Notes under the pieces: generated by a model
Told to the model about the DNA's origin: nothing
What the model saw: only the letters and a program-made list of their open reading frames with translations
Databases searched by the model: none
Program-made: the position numbers and the translations under genes
Shown: positions 48,946 through 58,785 of the stretch, piece by piece
Position numbering within the stretch: position 1 is the first letter of the stretch
Layout: each line of letters begins with the position of its first letter
Assembly (NCBI GenBank): GCA_027364845.1
Contig: DAHXOO010000008.1
Location: 121 to 64,120, forward strand
Direction of reading: 5' to 3'
Length of the DNA stretch: 64,000 nt
Source: Pseudomonadota bacterium
GTDB lineage: Bacteria; Pseudomonadota; Gammaproteobacteria; Acidiferrobacterales; UBA6901

Positions 48946-50880
48946 GTGAAAAAAACACTTAAAGTTGTCGGCATCGTGTTCGGGATCTTGATTGTCCTGA
49001 TCATCGTCGGCGCGGTTATCGTGTCGCTGACGTTCAATCCGAACCGTTACAAGGGCGAAATCACGCGTCTCGTGAAGGAACAGACTGGACGCACGCTCAC
49101 CATAGGCGGAAACATCTCGCTCTCTTTCTTTCCCTGGATAGGTGCCGAAGTCAGGTCAGTGTCGCTTTCCAACGCACCCGGGTTCGGCAGCCAGCCGTTT
49201 GCCAAGGTCTCGGAATTGGGCATCAAGGTCAAGCTTTTGCCACTGCTGCGCAAGAAGGTGGAAGTGGACCAGATCATCGTCGACGGCCTCATGCTCAATC
49301 TGGCGAAGGATCGCGCCGGACGTGGAAACTGGCAAGGACTTGCGGGCCAAGGAAAACCTAAGTCTACAGCAGCAGGACCGCCGTCGGTGTCACCGATTGC
49401 AGGTCTGCTCGTCAGCGGTGTCGACGTAAAAAATAGCGAGCTCGTGTGGAACGACGAGCAAAGCGGAAAGCGTTATACGATCCGTAATCTCGACTTCCAG
49501 ACCGGCCAAATTAGTCCCGGGCGCATGACTGACGTGAGCCTCGGCTTCGATCTCAACTCCAGCAGTCCGTCACTCCATACACGCGTGACCCTCAAGGCCC
49601 GGCTTGCCGTCGATCCCGAGAAACAGACGCTGGACTCGCCGTCGGCGTCACTTGAGGCGGCCGGGGTACAAGTCAGACTCATCGACCTTAAAGGCACAAA
49701 GATTCTTGATGCCCCGTCGTTCAGCGGCAAGCTGGATATACCGACCTTCGACGCGCGCGCGCTTTTGGCCCGCCTCGGGATCCAATACGAGCCAAGCGAC
49801 AAGCGTGCCCTAACTAAAGTCGCATTTCGCGGGCCGTTCAGTGCGTCGGCCGCAGCGGTCAGGCTCGGAAATTTCCACCTTGATCTGGATGACAGCGCGC
49901 TGAGCGGTTCATTCGCGCTGGCCAATTTTGCCCACCCCGCTTACCGCTTCAACCTCAGCGTGGACAAATTCGATCTCGATCACTACCTGCCGCGCCCCTC
50001 GACGCCTGCCCCAAAACAGAACACACCGAGCACATCCGGGGCACGGCCGGTTGTGGTTCTGCCACTGGCTGGGTTGCGCACGCTCGACGTAAACGGCATC
50101 GTGCAGGTGCACAAACTCACCGCTACGGGCATCCACTCGAGCGACATCAGTGCCAGTATTCTCGCCAAGAATGGGTTGATCGTGCTGAGTCCGCTACAGG
50201 CGAAACTCTATGGTGGCAGCTACAGAGGCACATTCAGGATCGACGCACGCAGCCGCGTCCCTTCTTTTGCTATGGACGAGAAACTCCAAGGCGTGCAGGT
50301 CGGTCCACTGCTCAGCGACATGCAGGCCTTCAGCCATTTCACGGGAACCGGCAACCTGGCATTCAATCTCGACGCGCACGGACTGACCGCCCAACAAATT
50401 ACTTCGAGCCTTAATGGCCGCGGCTCGTTCTCGCTGCGTAACGGCAAAATAGAAGGGGTAGATTTCCTCAAGATCATCAACCAGACGCGTGCGATCGCTG
50501 AACAGATGCGCGGCAAGTCGGTGGGCGCACAGACCTCCGGCTCCGACAGCACGGTGTTTACCAGCCTTGCTGGAACGGTGCGGGTCGTAAACGGCATCGT
50601 GCGGAACAATGATCTTGTGCTTGATTCTCCAGCGCTCGGTGGGACCGGCAGCGGCAACGCTAACCTGGTGGCGCAGAGCCTGGATTACACGCTCCGCGTG
50701 ACGATAGACCGGGACAATTCGGCGAAACGGATCACGGTACCGGTAGTGATCCGAGGTCCTTTCAGCGCTTTGAGGTACAGCGTCGACTGGAGCGATATTG
50801 TCAAACAGCAGGCGGAGAAGGCGCTAAAGAAAGAACTCAAGAACCAGCTGAATGAGGGCCTGCAACGACTGCTGCGGTAG
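48946..50880 (+). CDS. AsmA family protein
   Basis: N-terminal TM then FNPNRYKGEITRLVKEQTGRTLTIGGNISLSFFPWIGAEVRSVSLSNAPGFG; C-terminal AsmA_2-like region; GTG start after GGGGGA. Confidence 0.92.
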   Translation: MKKTLKVVGIVFGILIVLIIVGAVIVSLTFNPNRYKGEITRLVKEQTGRTLTIGGNISLSFFPWIGAEVRSVSLSNAPGFGSQPFAKVSELGIKVKLLPLLRKKVEVDQIIVDGLMLNLAKDRAGRGNWQGLAGQGKPKSTAAGPPSVSPIAGLLVSGVDVKNSELVWNDEQSGKRYTIRNLDFQTGQISPGRMTDVSLGFDLNSSSPSLHTRVTLKARLAVDPEKQTLDSPSASLEAAGVQVRLIDLKGTKILDAPSFSGKLDIPTFDARALLARLGIQYEPSDKRALTKVAFRGPFSASAAAVRLGNFHLDLDDSALSGSFALANFAHPAYRFNLSVDKFDLDHYLPRPSTPAPKQNTPSTSGARPVVVLPLAGLRTLDVNGIVQVHKLTATGIHSSDISASILAKNGLIVLSPLQAKLYGGSYRGTFRIDARSRVPSFAMDEKLQGVQVGPLLSDMQAFSHFTGTGNLAFNLDAHGLTAQQITSSLNGRGSFSLRNGKIEGVDFLKIINQTRAIAEQMRGKSVGAQTSGSDSTVFTSLAGTVRVVNGIVRNNDLVLDSPALGGTGSGNANLVAQSLDYTLRVTIDRDNSAKRITVPVVIRGPFSALRYSVDWSDIVKQQAEKALKKELKNQLNEGLQRLLR

Positions 50881-51234
50881 TTTGCGCACTTCTAGCGACA
50901 CAACCGGCACCTGCGGTTGGCCGACCGAAGCCATGGCGGGAAATTCCCGTTCTGCACGGGGCAGTGTTCAATTGCGCACCGATGACCGATTACCGGGGGC
51001 CTGGTTGCCTGCTTTTCTGATCAGGACGGGCAGCGTGCTTGCGTTGGCTTCCGTGGGGCTGCGATCGGATCACGTCAGCGCTTGCCTTGGACAGGCTAAA
51101 CTTGTGTTCCGGCAAGCGACGGAATGCAGTTTAAATCGACGTTCGGTGCCAGATGGCTCACCATGCCAAACGATGGCAATCAGCAGGCAGTACGGGGAAT
51201 TGCGCACCAGCATCTCCCCAACAGATCCCGGTTC

Positions 51235-52293
51235 ATGAACGTGGAACAGAACTTAAGCGCGGTCCTTTTGGACTGGTTCGACTGCAATGGACGCAAGGAT
51301 CTTCCGTGGCAGGGGACCCGAGACCCATATGTTATCTGGGTCTCGGAAATCATGCTGCAGCAGACGCAGGTTGCCACGGTGATCCCCTATTTCCGGCGCT
51401 TCCTGGAGCGATTTCCCGATATCCAGACACTGGCATGCGGCTCCATCGACGAGGTCCTGCATCTATGGACTGGCCTTGGCTATTACGCACGGGGGCGCAA
51501 TCTGCACCGCGCGGCTCGGGCCATCGTCGACCAGCATGGAGGGTCTTTTCCGCATGCGTTCGAAGCGGTTTGCGCATTGCCTGGCATCGGACGGTCCACC
51601 GCAGGAGCCATTTTGGCCTTCGCCTACGGACAGCGTCACCCGATTCTGGACGGCAACGTGAAACGGGTGCTGGCGCGCTACCATGGCGTTAACGGCTCGC
51701 CGGGCGCCCGCGCGGTAGAACAGCAGCTTTGGACTCTCTCCGAGAAACATGTGCCACACGCACGCATCGAAGACTACACCCAGGCGATCATGGATCTTGG
51801 TGCGACGGTCTGCCGGCGGACGCGACCCGCCTGTACATCCTGCCCGCTCGGCAGCGGCTGCGTGGCCTGTAAGCAGGGGAATCCGGAGGCCTATCCGGGA
51901 GGGGCACAGCACCGGTTCCTGCCAGTCAAACAGGTCCACATGATCCTGTTACGCGATTGCCAGGACCGGGTTTTGCTGCAGCAACGCCCACCATCCGGAA
52001 TCTGGGGTGGATTATGGGGATTTCCCGAGTGCGGCCCTGGTGACGATGCCGGCACGTGGTGCCGCACCGCCTATGGCTTCGAAATCGCGCTTGATGCACC
52101 GTGGCCAGCACTACGACACCGTTTCACCCACTTCCAGCTCGACATCACGCCCATTCCCGCACGCCTCTTGGGGTCAAGCACGAAGGTCATGGAGATCGCG
52201 AACACAGTTTGGTATAACGTCCATCAACCGGATGCGCGCGGTCTGGCCATGCCGGTCAAGCGATTACTGCAGCAATTGAGGAACCTCTCGTGA
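51235..52293 (+). CDS. mutY: A/G-specific adenine glycosylase
   Basis: RKDLPWQGTRDPYVIWVSEIMLQQTQVATVIPYFRRF; ALPGIGRSTAGAILAFAYG; [4Fe-4S] Cys cluster; C-terminal NUDIX-like region. Confidence 0.96.
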   Translation: MNVEQNLSAVLLDWFDCNGRKDLPWQGTRDPYVIWVSEIMLQQTQVATVIPYFRRFLERFPDIQTLACGSIDEVLHLWTGLGYYARGRNLHRAARAIVDQHGGSFPHAFEAVCALPGIGRSTAGAILAFAYGQRHPILDGNVKRVLARYHGVNGSPGARAVEQQLWTLSEKHVPHARIEDYTQAIMDLGATVCRRTRPACTSCPLGSGCVACKQGNPEAYPGGAQHRFLPVKQVHMILLRDCQDRVLLQQRPPSGIWGGLWGFPECGPGDDAGTWCRTAYGFEIALDAPWPALRHRFTHFQLDITPIPARLLGSSTKVMEIANTVWYNVHQPDARGLAMPVKRLLQQLRNLS

Positions 52294-52568
52294 CCCGCAT
52301 GGTGAAATGTGTGAAGCTCGGTAAGGAAGCGCCGGGTCTGGATTACCCCACTTACCCAGGGGACCTGGGCAAGAAGGTCTTCGAAAACGTTTCGAAGGAA
52401 GCGTGGCAGCTGTGGCTGAACCATCAGACAATGCTGATCAACGAGTACCGCATCAGCCCGCTTGACCTCAAGGCTCGCAAGTTTATCGAAGGCGAGATGG
52501 ATAAATTCTTTTTCGGTGAAGGTTCGCAGGTACCCGAAGGCTTCCAACCTCCATCCAGCAAAAAGTAG
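52290..52568 (+). CDS. yggX: oxidative damage protection / Fe(2+)-trafficking protein YggX
   Basis: MVKCVKLGKEAPGLDYPTYPGDLGKKVFENVSKEAWQLWLNHQTMLINEYR; adjacent to mutY. Confidence 0.97.
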   Translation: MTRMVKCVKLGKEAPGLDYPTYPGDLGKKVFENVSKEAWQLWLNHQTMLINEYRISPLDLKARKFIEGEMDKFFFGEGSQVPEGFQPPSSKK

Positions 52569-52892
52569 GCCACAGAACGCGCGCGCCGTCAGATCACAGC
52601 TCCGCGAAAACAGGCAGAGCCGTAGTCGACGCAGATCCTTCAAGGAAACCCGCACCACGGTGGACCGCCCCACGGCGCTCGCTACCGGCCTCGACGTAGG
52701 CGGTGTGCTGCCCGCCACGTTGAGCAGTCTTTGTCCGCTTGGCCCTTCTTTCGGAAGTTCATAGATAAGAATATGTTCGTGCGGGCCACCAGTGGCCGAC
52801 TGCGCAGTCCAGGGCGCACCGGGCCGTTGGAAAGTCACGGCCACTGACGGCACGTGGGTCGCGAAAACCAGATGGCAGCACCCGGGGGGATG

Positions 52893-53786
52893 TCAAATAG
52901 ACCGTCCACGCCCCCGCGCCAACCACGGTGCGGTAATGTCATAATGTCCGCGTATACGGTCAGCAAAAGCATGCGCGTCGGCCTTGCTGCCGAAGCCTTT
53001 AATCCGAAGTCGAAAGAAGGTTCTTCCGTTGATGCGAGCGCTGCTCAGCTTCACAGGATAGCCGGCAGTTACAAGGCGACGTTGCATGGGATACAGGTCG
53101 CGTCGCCGTGTTTGGGCAACCAATTGCACAATCCAAACACCATTGGGAACTGTGAGGCCCTGTCCCGACGTGACCTCGGTCTGTGCCGACCAGACCTTGA
53201 GTCTTTGCGGATCGACGGGTCGTACCAGTTCTGGCTGCAAAGCCCGTGGAATCCGAAAAACCGTCATGGGCTTGTCCATGTCCAGCCGTCCTGCCGCAGG
53301 ATTGCGAACGGTGACGTGGCCTCGGATGAGGCAGAAGATCGCGGAATGCCGGCCCACGCGGCCCCAGATATTGCCCCTGCGGATGCGGATGTTAGTCCCT
53401 CCCAGATTCATGCTGACGTCGTGCGGAAGGTAACCCTTGGCCGGCATGGTCGTAAAACTGAACGCACCGCGGCGAACTACCAGCATGATTCGGGACAGCG
53501 TTTTCGATTCGCTGGACATACCGGCCTTGGCGAGCGTAATACGTGCCTGCTCGCCCAGCTTCAGCACGCCACCGTCAGCGAACTGCACCAGGACACGCGC
53601 GGCAATACCGGTACGTATCACCTCATCCTGAGTCAGCACCATGCCGGCTTCTAGTGGCCGCTGCCGGCCATCGCCTTTCACCCATGCTGGCATCTGTAGC
53701 GCCACCACCTCGGCAATGGGCGCGGCAACTGCCGGAAATACCGCTAGGATGCCGACACTCAAGGCGAGCGCTCGAATGCAGTTCAT
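52893..53786 (-). CDS. exported FecR-domain protein with C-terminal SPOR-like domain
   Basis: Signal peptide; LEAGMVLTQDEVIRTGIAARVLVQFADGGVLKLGEQARI (FecR); VWIVQLVAQTRRRDLYPMQRRLVTAGYPVKLSSARINGRTFFRLRIKGFGSKADAHAFADRI (SPOR). Confidence 0.85.
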   Translation of the reverse strand: MNCIRALALSVGILAVFPAVAAPIAEVVALQMPAWVKGDGRQRPLEAGMVLTQDEVIRTGIAARVLVQFADGGVLKLGEQARITLAKAGMSSESKTLSRIMLVVRRGAFSFTTMPAKGYLPHDVSMNLGGTNIRIRRGNIWGRVGRHSAIFCLIRGHVTVRNPAAGRLDMDKPMTVFRIPRALQPELVRPVDPQRLKVWSAQTEVTSGQGLTVPNGVWIVQLVAQTRRRDLYPMQRRLVTAGYPVKLSSARINGRTFFRLRIKGFGSKADAHAFADRIRGHYDITAPWLARGRGRSI

Positions 53787-54090
53787 GACCCATCCCCTTC
53801 AGTCGGTTCGCTCGTGGCCGGTTTACCGCAAAGAACGATCCCTGACAAGTGCGACTGCGCAGTCGCGGCAGCTATCAACGCCGGAGACAGCCGACAGATG
53901 TTATAAAAGAGCGGAATATGTAAGGTCAAGTAGGTGCGAAATCGGTCGGATGCAGAAACAAAACCAGATGAACAGGTGGCCCAGAACCCACATCCGCGGG
54001 ACACAGATGGCAACGCAGCCGCATGGCAGTGGATTGAAATCGCAACGGTGCCTATCCTGCGATAGGCCGCGGCATCCGACCGGGCGGCGG

Positions 54091-55479
54091 CTAAAAACTT
54101 TGCAACTGCTGCTCGGTAGGCTCGGCACAGCAGTACCAGGGCTCGGACATGTGCGGAATCTCCTGTCCGAGACCGCCGGCAGGCAGATCGGGGGTGATTT
54201 CGCCTGAAGCGTCGTGTGCTATGTGCCAAATGCGAGTGAATAGCTCCATCCTCGCCAGCCCGAGACGCTCACCCTCCGCTACCACGGCCTGGATCTCGCG
54301 TTGCAACGCATCGACGCGCTCATCCGGGCTTTTCCACGAATAACTCAGTATACGTGCATCAAAAGAACCGAGTTTTTCACGGAAGCCGGGCAATTCGAGC
54401 AAATAGGAGCCCTCGGGAACTAAAAGACGGATGGCAAGCTGGATCGCTGGTACGCTCTCGACCAACCGCAGCTCGACAAGGCGCCGCAGCAGATCAAGAT
54501 AGCCTTGCAAGGTGGTCCACGGCGTAAAGGGGACGAAGGTTGGCGCGAACGCGATGCCGGCAGCACGCACCAGCGCTACCACATTATTGAAATCGTGGCT
54601 CGTGTGATTCTTGGCTAGATATTCCAGAATCCTGTCGTCGACCGATTCCGCCGCACTCGTAATGAAAAGACAGCCCGTTTCCTTGAGCACCGGTATAAGC
54701 TCAGCGTGCTCAATCAGATGCTGAATTTTGATCGTGATGTCGTAGGTGATCTGCGGAAACTCGGTATGCAACGCCCGCACAATTCTAAGCGCATGGGTCG
54801 GACCGTTGAAAAAATCCGGGTCTCCAAACGAAATGTGCTGCGCGCCCGCCGCGATCTGCTGGCGCGTATCTGCCATCACCATGTCAGCCGGCACGATTCG
54901 AAAACGTCCTTCGTACACGGGGACCACCGGACAGTGGCGGCACAGATGCTTGCAACCGCGGCTCGCATCGACAAACCCGACCATCCTATTGCCGGCACCC
55001 GGAACCCGGATATGGGCATAACGGCCTAGCGGCGGCAGTCCAGCGCGGTCAGGCAGGAGGAATTCAATTTTGGAAAGATTCACCACCGGTTCCGACTGGA
55101 TTCGGCCGTCTCCGGCTCTAATCCGCTGCACCAGGGATTTTAGCCCCGGCTCAAATTCTCCTCCGAAGATCGCATCCACTCCCAGTGCACGCAGGAAATC
55201 CGCGTTCATTGGCGCATAGAGGCCGTAAACACACAGACGTGCCTGGGGCGCCATTGCACGAATACGCGGGATCGCTTGCGTGGCGATGCGCGTGGCAGTG
55301 TGCATACCGACATAGATTGCGACTAATTCCGCGTCGGCGATTACGGCAGCATCGAGCTTCTGTAACGACAGGTCAAGGCAGTGTACCGTACAACCCTCGC
55401 GCGCAAGCCAAGCAGCGGGGTGCGCCAGACCGAATGGCTGGCGGCCGAGTTCGTAAGGACTGATCAGGACAACTTTCAT
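54091..55479 (-). CDS. B12-binding-like radical SAM protein with CCAEP tail (CUAEP/CCAEP-tail radical SAM family)
   Basis: MKVVLISPYELGRQPFGLAHPAAWL cobalamin-binding-like N-terminus; SRGCKHLCRHCPV radical SAM CxxxCxxC; C-terminal PHMSEPWYCCAEPTEQQL. Confidence 0.88.
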   Translation of the reverse strand: MKVVLISPYELGRQPFGLAHPAAWLAREGCTVHCLDLSLQKLDAAVIADAELVAIYVGMHTATRIATQAIPRIRAMAPQARLCVYGLYAPMNADFLRALGVDAIFGGEFEPGLKSLVQRIRAGDGRIQSEPVVNLSKIEFLLPDRAGLPPLGRYAHIRVPGAGNRMVGFVDASRGCKHLCRHCPVVPVYEGRFRIVPADMVMADTRQQIAAGAQHISFGDPDFFNGPTHALRIVRALHTEFPQITYDITIKIQHLIEHAELIPVLKETGCLFITSAAESVDDRILEYLAKNHTSHDFNNVVALVRAAGIAFAPTFVPFTPWTTLQGYLDLLRRLVELRLVESVPAIQLAIRLLVPEGSYLLELPGFREKLGSFDARILSYSWKSPDERVDALQREIQAVVAEGERLGLARMELFTRIWHIAHDASGEITPDLPAGGLGQEIPHMSEPWYCCAEPTEQQLQSF

Positions 55480-56044
55480 TTCCCTAAAAAGAACCGAAGC
55501 AGACTACGAACAAGGGAATGCGTGGGGGCAACAGCGAGCAACACAGGCTTGCCACATGCGCTGCCATTGTAACTCGATATGGGCGAGACCAGCTATTGCG
55601 GTGTTGACAATTAACCGGATCAATCACACGGATACTACACTGTCCCCACCATCGGCTCCTGCGGGCGATCCATTCGAAGTTTTACGGAGACCACAAGGAG
55701 ATCGGCTGCGCCGCAGTCTTTCGCAGCAGGTATCGGTGACATCGTCAACTGCCCGGGATCAGACCCTATGGCCGGCACCTTGGTAAGTTTGCGCCCACGA
55801 CAAGTGGGGGGGGGTGGGAGAGATTCCGTGTACTAGCTACCGACAAAGTCCGAAAGTTCTTCGCTGCGTCAGATTGGAGTGTCCATCGGACTGGGGGCGG
55901 CAAATCGGCAATGACCGGACAAACCGTACGCACGTTGGCAGTAGACCCCTGGTGGACATTTGTAGCGGTAGCGTTACAAACGGGCAAAAGCCAGCTTTTT
56001 TACAATCTCAGGGGAGTTCACTATAATGCGCCGATTGTTGCCTA

Positions 56045-56120
<76 letters not shown>

Positions 56121-56243
56121 AACTTCTAATTATTATCAATAGGCTACAGAACACTCTGCTGACCCTCTTGTAGCCACACCGCTTTACGCCATAGCCTTGC
56201 CATTGTTAGCCACGGCATGGGAAGGCAAGTGGTGAAGTGGCCT

Positions 56244-56372
56244 CTACGCCACGGACCTCAAGAACGCTGGCATTTCTGCCGATTTGATTTTCCTCGCATA
56301 CTCATTCGGCGACAAGTAGCCGAGCGAGGAATACAGGCGAACGGGGTTGTAAAATCCATAGCGAATCCGCTG
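56244..56372 (-). pseudogene. C-terminal fragment of IS3-family orfB transposase
   Basis: Minus-strand reading RIRYGFYNPVRLYSSLGYLSPNEYARKIKSAEMPAFLRSVA* matches the conserved 'YNxxRxHSSLGYLSPxEY' transposase tail; no upstream coding. Confidence 0.88.
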
Positions 56373-56380
56373 TCCTAAAC

Positions 56381-57304
56381 CTACTTATCAGCTTGTTCTA
56401 ATTGCCCAACCTTTCCGGGTATCTCAGCCACCAGAGCATCGATTGCGGCTCGAGTTTTGCTCGGCAAGTAATGCGACTGCGCCCACACGACACTGATTTC
56501 TGTCGCAAGCGTATTGTTGCAGTCCAGCACCAACTCCAACTCGCCTGCCCGGGCATGTTTTGCCATTAACCAGCAGGGTAGCCACGCCAACCCCACTCCC
56601 GCTACGGCAGCATCGGTGATCGCTTGTAAGTCATCGAACACGAGGCGGTTATCAACTTGGGGTTTGAGAACCTGACCTTCACTATTTCGTACGCTCCACG
56701 ATTCGATTCGACCTGCGCGCCCATAAGCGATGCCAACATGGTTGGACAGCTCATCAACGCTAGCTGGTTTTCCGTGTTCGGCTAAGTAAGAGGGGGAGGC
56801 GCAGATGACCATTCGTTGGGTACCCAATCGTCGCGCGACCAATGTGCTGCTATCAGGCAAGGTGCCTATACGGACTGCCAGGTCATACCCTTCATCCACC
56901 AGATCGACGACACTGTCGTTAAAGGACATTTCTATCGCCAGTCGCGGATATTGGCGTCCCAGTGCAAGCAATACCGGTGCAGCGCAATGGCGACCAAATA
57001 ACACGGGAACACTAACGCGCAAGCGTCCTATGGGTCCACTCTTGCCGCTATCGAGTGCCAATGCGCCTGCGTCCAGCTCCGCCAATGCTCGCACACAGCG
57101 CTCGTAATAAACCTGGCCATCTTCAGTCAGGCTCTGGCTGCGCGTAGTCCTTTGGAATAGCCGCACGCCCAGGCGCTGCTCCAGTCGCGCAATACTCTTG
57201 CCCACCGCCGATCGGGTTAGTCGCATGCGCTCTGCTGCCAGCGCAAAGCTGCCAGCCTCCGCTGCTTCGACGAAAGCACTAATGCCTTTCAATCGATCAC
57301 TCAT
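56381..57304 (-). CDS. LysR family transcriptional regulator
   Basis: AFVEAAEAGSFALAAERMRLTRSAVGKSIARLEQRLGVRLFQRTTRSQSLTEDGQVYY. Confidence 0.95.
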   Translation of the reverse strand: MSDRLKGISAFVEAAEAGSFALAAERMRLTRSAVGKSIARLEQRLGVRLFQRTTRSQSLTEDGQVYYERCVRALAELDAGALALDSGKSGPIGRLRVSVPVLFGRHCAAPVLLALGRQYPRLAIEMSFNDSVVDLVDEGYDLAVRIGTLPDSSTLVARRLGTQRMVICASPSYLAEHGKPASVDELSNHVGIAYGRAGRIESWSVRNSEGQVLKPQVDNRLVFDDLQAITDAAVAGVGLAWLPCWLMAKHARAGELELVLDCNNTLATEISVVWAQSHYLPSKTRAAIDALVAEIPGKVGQLEQADK

Positions 57305-57474
57305 AATATTGGTTCCTACTTGGCTACACACTGGTTAATTATTTCCGCCACTGCGGACAATTTGGCTCCTATATGATAGCAGCCAATATCGACATGAGCG
57401 CTACAACAATACTGATCGCCTCATTGGCTATCTCTGCAAGCACAGAGGCTTTGTTAACTGAATAGGAGAATCAA

Positions 57475-58497
57475 ATGCAGGCTTACCAGATCAAGGCGGG
57501 ACAACAGATTACCGGGCTGAAACGGGTTCAACGCAGTATTTCTGCACCTGCTGCACACGAAGTACACATACGCATCCACGCCGTATCGCTCAATTATCGC
57601 GACTTGATGATAGCGGACGGCAAATATCTCAGCACAGGTGATGTCTCCGTGATCCCCTGTTCTGATGGCGCAGGCGAGGTCTTAGCTGTCGGTGATGACG
57701 TGACGCGCTTTCATGTCGGCGACCGTGTTGCAGCATCGTTTTTCCCAGATTGGGTCAATGGCGCACCGACCCCGCAAAACACGGCAAGTGCACTCGGTGC
57801 TGCCGTGGACGGAATGTTGGCCGAAGAAGTTGTTTTGCATGAAAACGCCCTGGTCTCGATACCGGCGCATCTCTCCTATGTTGAAGCTTCCACCATACCT
57901 TGCGCCGGGGTCACTGCATGGAATTCACTGTTCGTCGAAGGTGGCCTCAGGGCTGGGGATAGCGTGCTGCTGCTGGGCACCGGCGGTGTGTCGATCTGGG
58001 CTCTGCAGTTAGCCAAAGCTGCGGGTCTGCTTACAATCATTACTTCATCGAGCGATAAAAAGCTGGAGCGCGCGCACAACCTGGGTGCGGCAGCGACGAT
58101 CAATTACAAGAACACGCCCGAGTGGCAGGACGAGGTTTTGCAGCTGACTGACGGGCAAGGCGTTGACCTTGTACTGGAAGTCGGCGGCCAGAGTACACTG
58201 ACACGTTCAATTGCGAGTACCAAGATGGGCGGTACGGTTGCTATTATCGGCGGCGTCAGCGGCTTTGGCTTCGGCGGCGAGCTTAATCCTTTCGCACTGA
58301 TCGGTGGCGCTAAACGCTTGTCAGGCATCTTCGTCGGCAGCCGCAACATGTTCGAAGACCTCAACAGGTTTTTAAGTGTGGTCGAAATACATCCTGTCAT
58401 TGATCGCATCTATCCTTTCCAGCAGGGGCACGAAGCCTATGAACATCTAAAAAGAGCAGGCCACTTTGGCAAGGTCGTGATTGAAGTAAGAAAATAA
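57475..58497 (+). CDS. NAD(P)-dependent zinc-independent alcohol dehydrogenase / quinone oxidoreductase-like (MDR) protein
   Basis: VSLNYRDLMIADGKY; VIPCSDGAGEVLAVGDDVTRFHVGDRV; LLLGTGGVSIWALQLAKAAGLLTIITSSSDKKLERA; divergent to LysR. Confidence 0.93.
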   Translation: MQAYQIKAGQQITGLKRVQRSISAPAAHEVHIRIHAVSLNYRDLMIADGKYLSTGDVSVIPCSDGAGEVLAVGDDVTRFHVGDRVAASFFPDWVNGAPTPQNTASALGAAVDGMLAEEVVLHENALVSIPAHLSYVEASTIPCAGVTAWNSLFVEGGLRAGDSVLLLGTGGVSIWALQLAKAAGLLTIITSSSDKKLERAHNLGAAATINYKNTPEWQDEVLQLTDGQGVDLVLEVGGQSTLTRSIASTKMGGTVAIIGGVSGFGFGGELNPFALIGGAKRLSGIFVGSRNMFEDLNRFLSVVEIHPVIDRIYPFQQGHEAYEHLKRAGHFGKVVIEVRK

Positions 58498-58785
58498 GTC
58501 GAGGACGCAAGTGAACTATAGCTAGCTAAGGTGATTGCGCCCCCTTTTCACTGACTCACAATCTGGGTACGAATTGTGACCAACTTGCTCGGCAAGTGGC
58601 TTCAATTGAACGAGCCCGTTGGTCCATTTGAGGAGATTCACTCCAGAAGCGGGTTAGTTCTGGATGGACGTCAACACCGAACTGAGGCGACGTCCGAGCA
58701 GCTTGTACGCTCTCGGGTGGCTCGTGACTACTTCGCAGGTCAGAAAGTGGGCGATAAACCAGGTGACGATGTAGACTTGCGCGAT

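Noticed and set aside
54091-54200. Possible selenocysteine (UGA) in the radical SAM tail
   Set aside because: Minus-strand codons for the CC pair are TGC TGT, with no in-frame TGA; this is the Cys (CCAEP) form.
57375-57430. Imperfect inverted repeat GATAGCAGCCAAT...ATTGGCTATC between LysR and the oxidoreductase
   Set aside because: Interrupted by 2 extra bases and widely spaced; consistent with an ordinary LysR operator but not strong enough to list.
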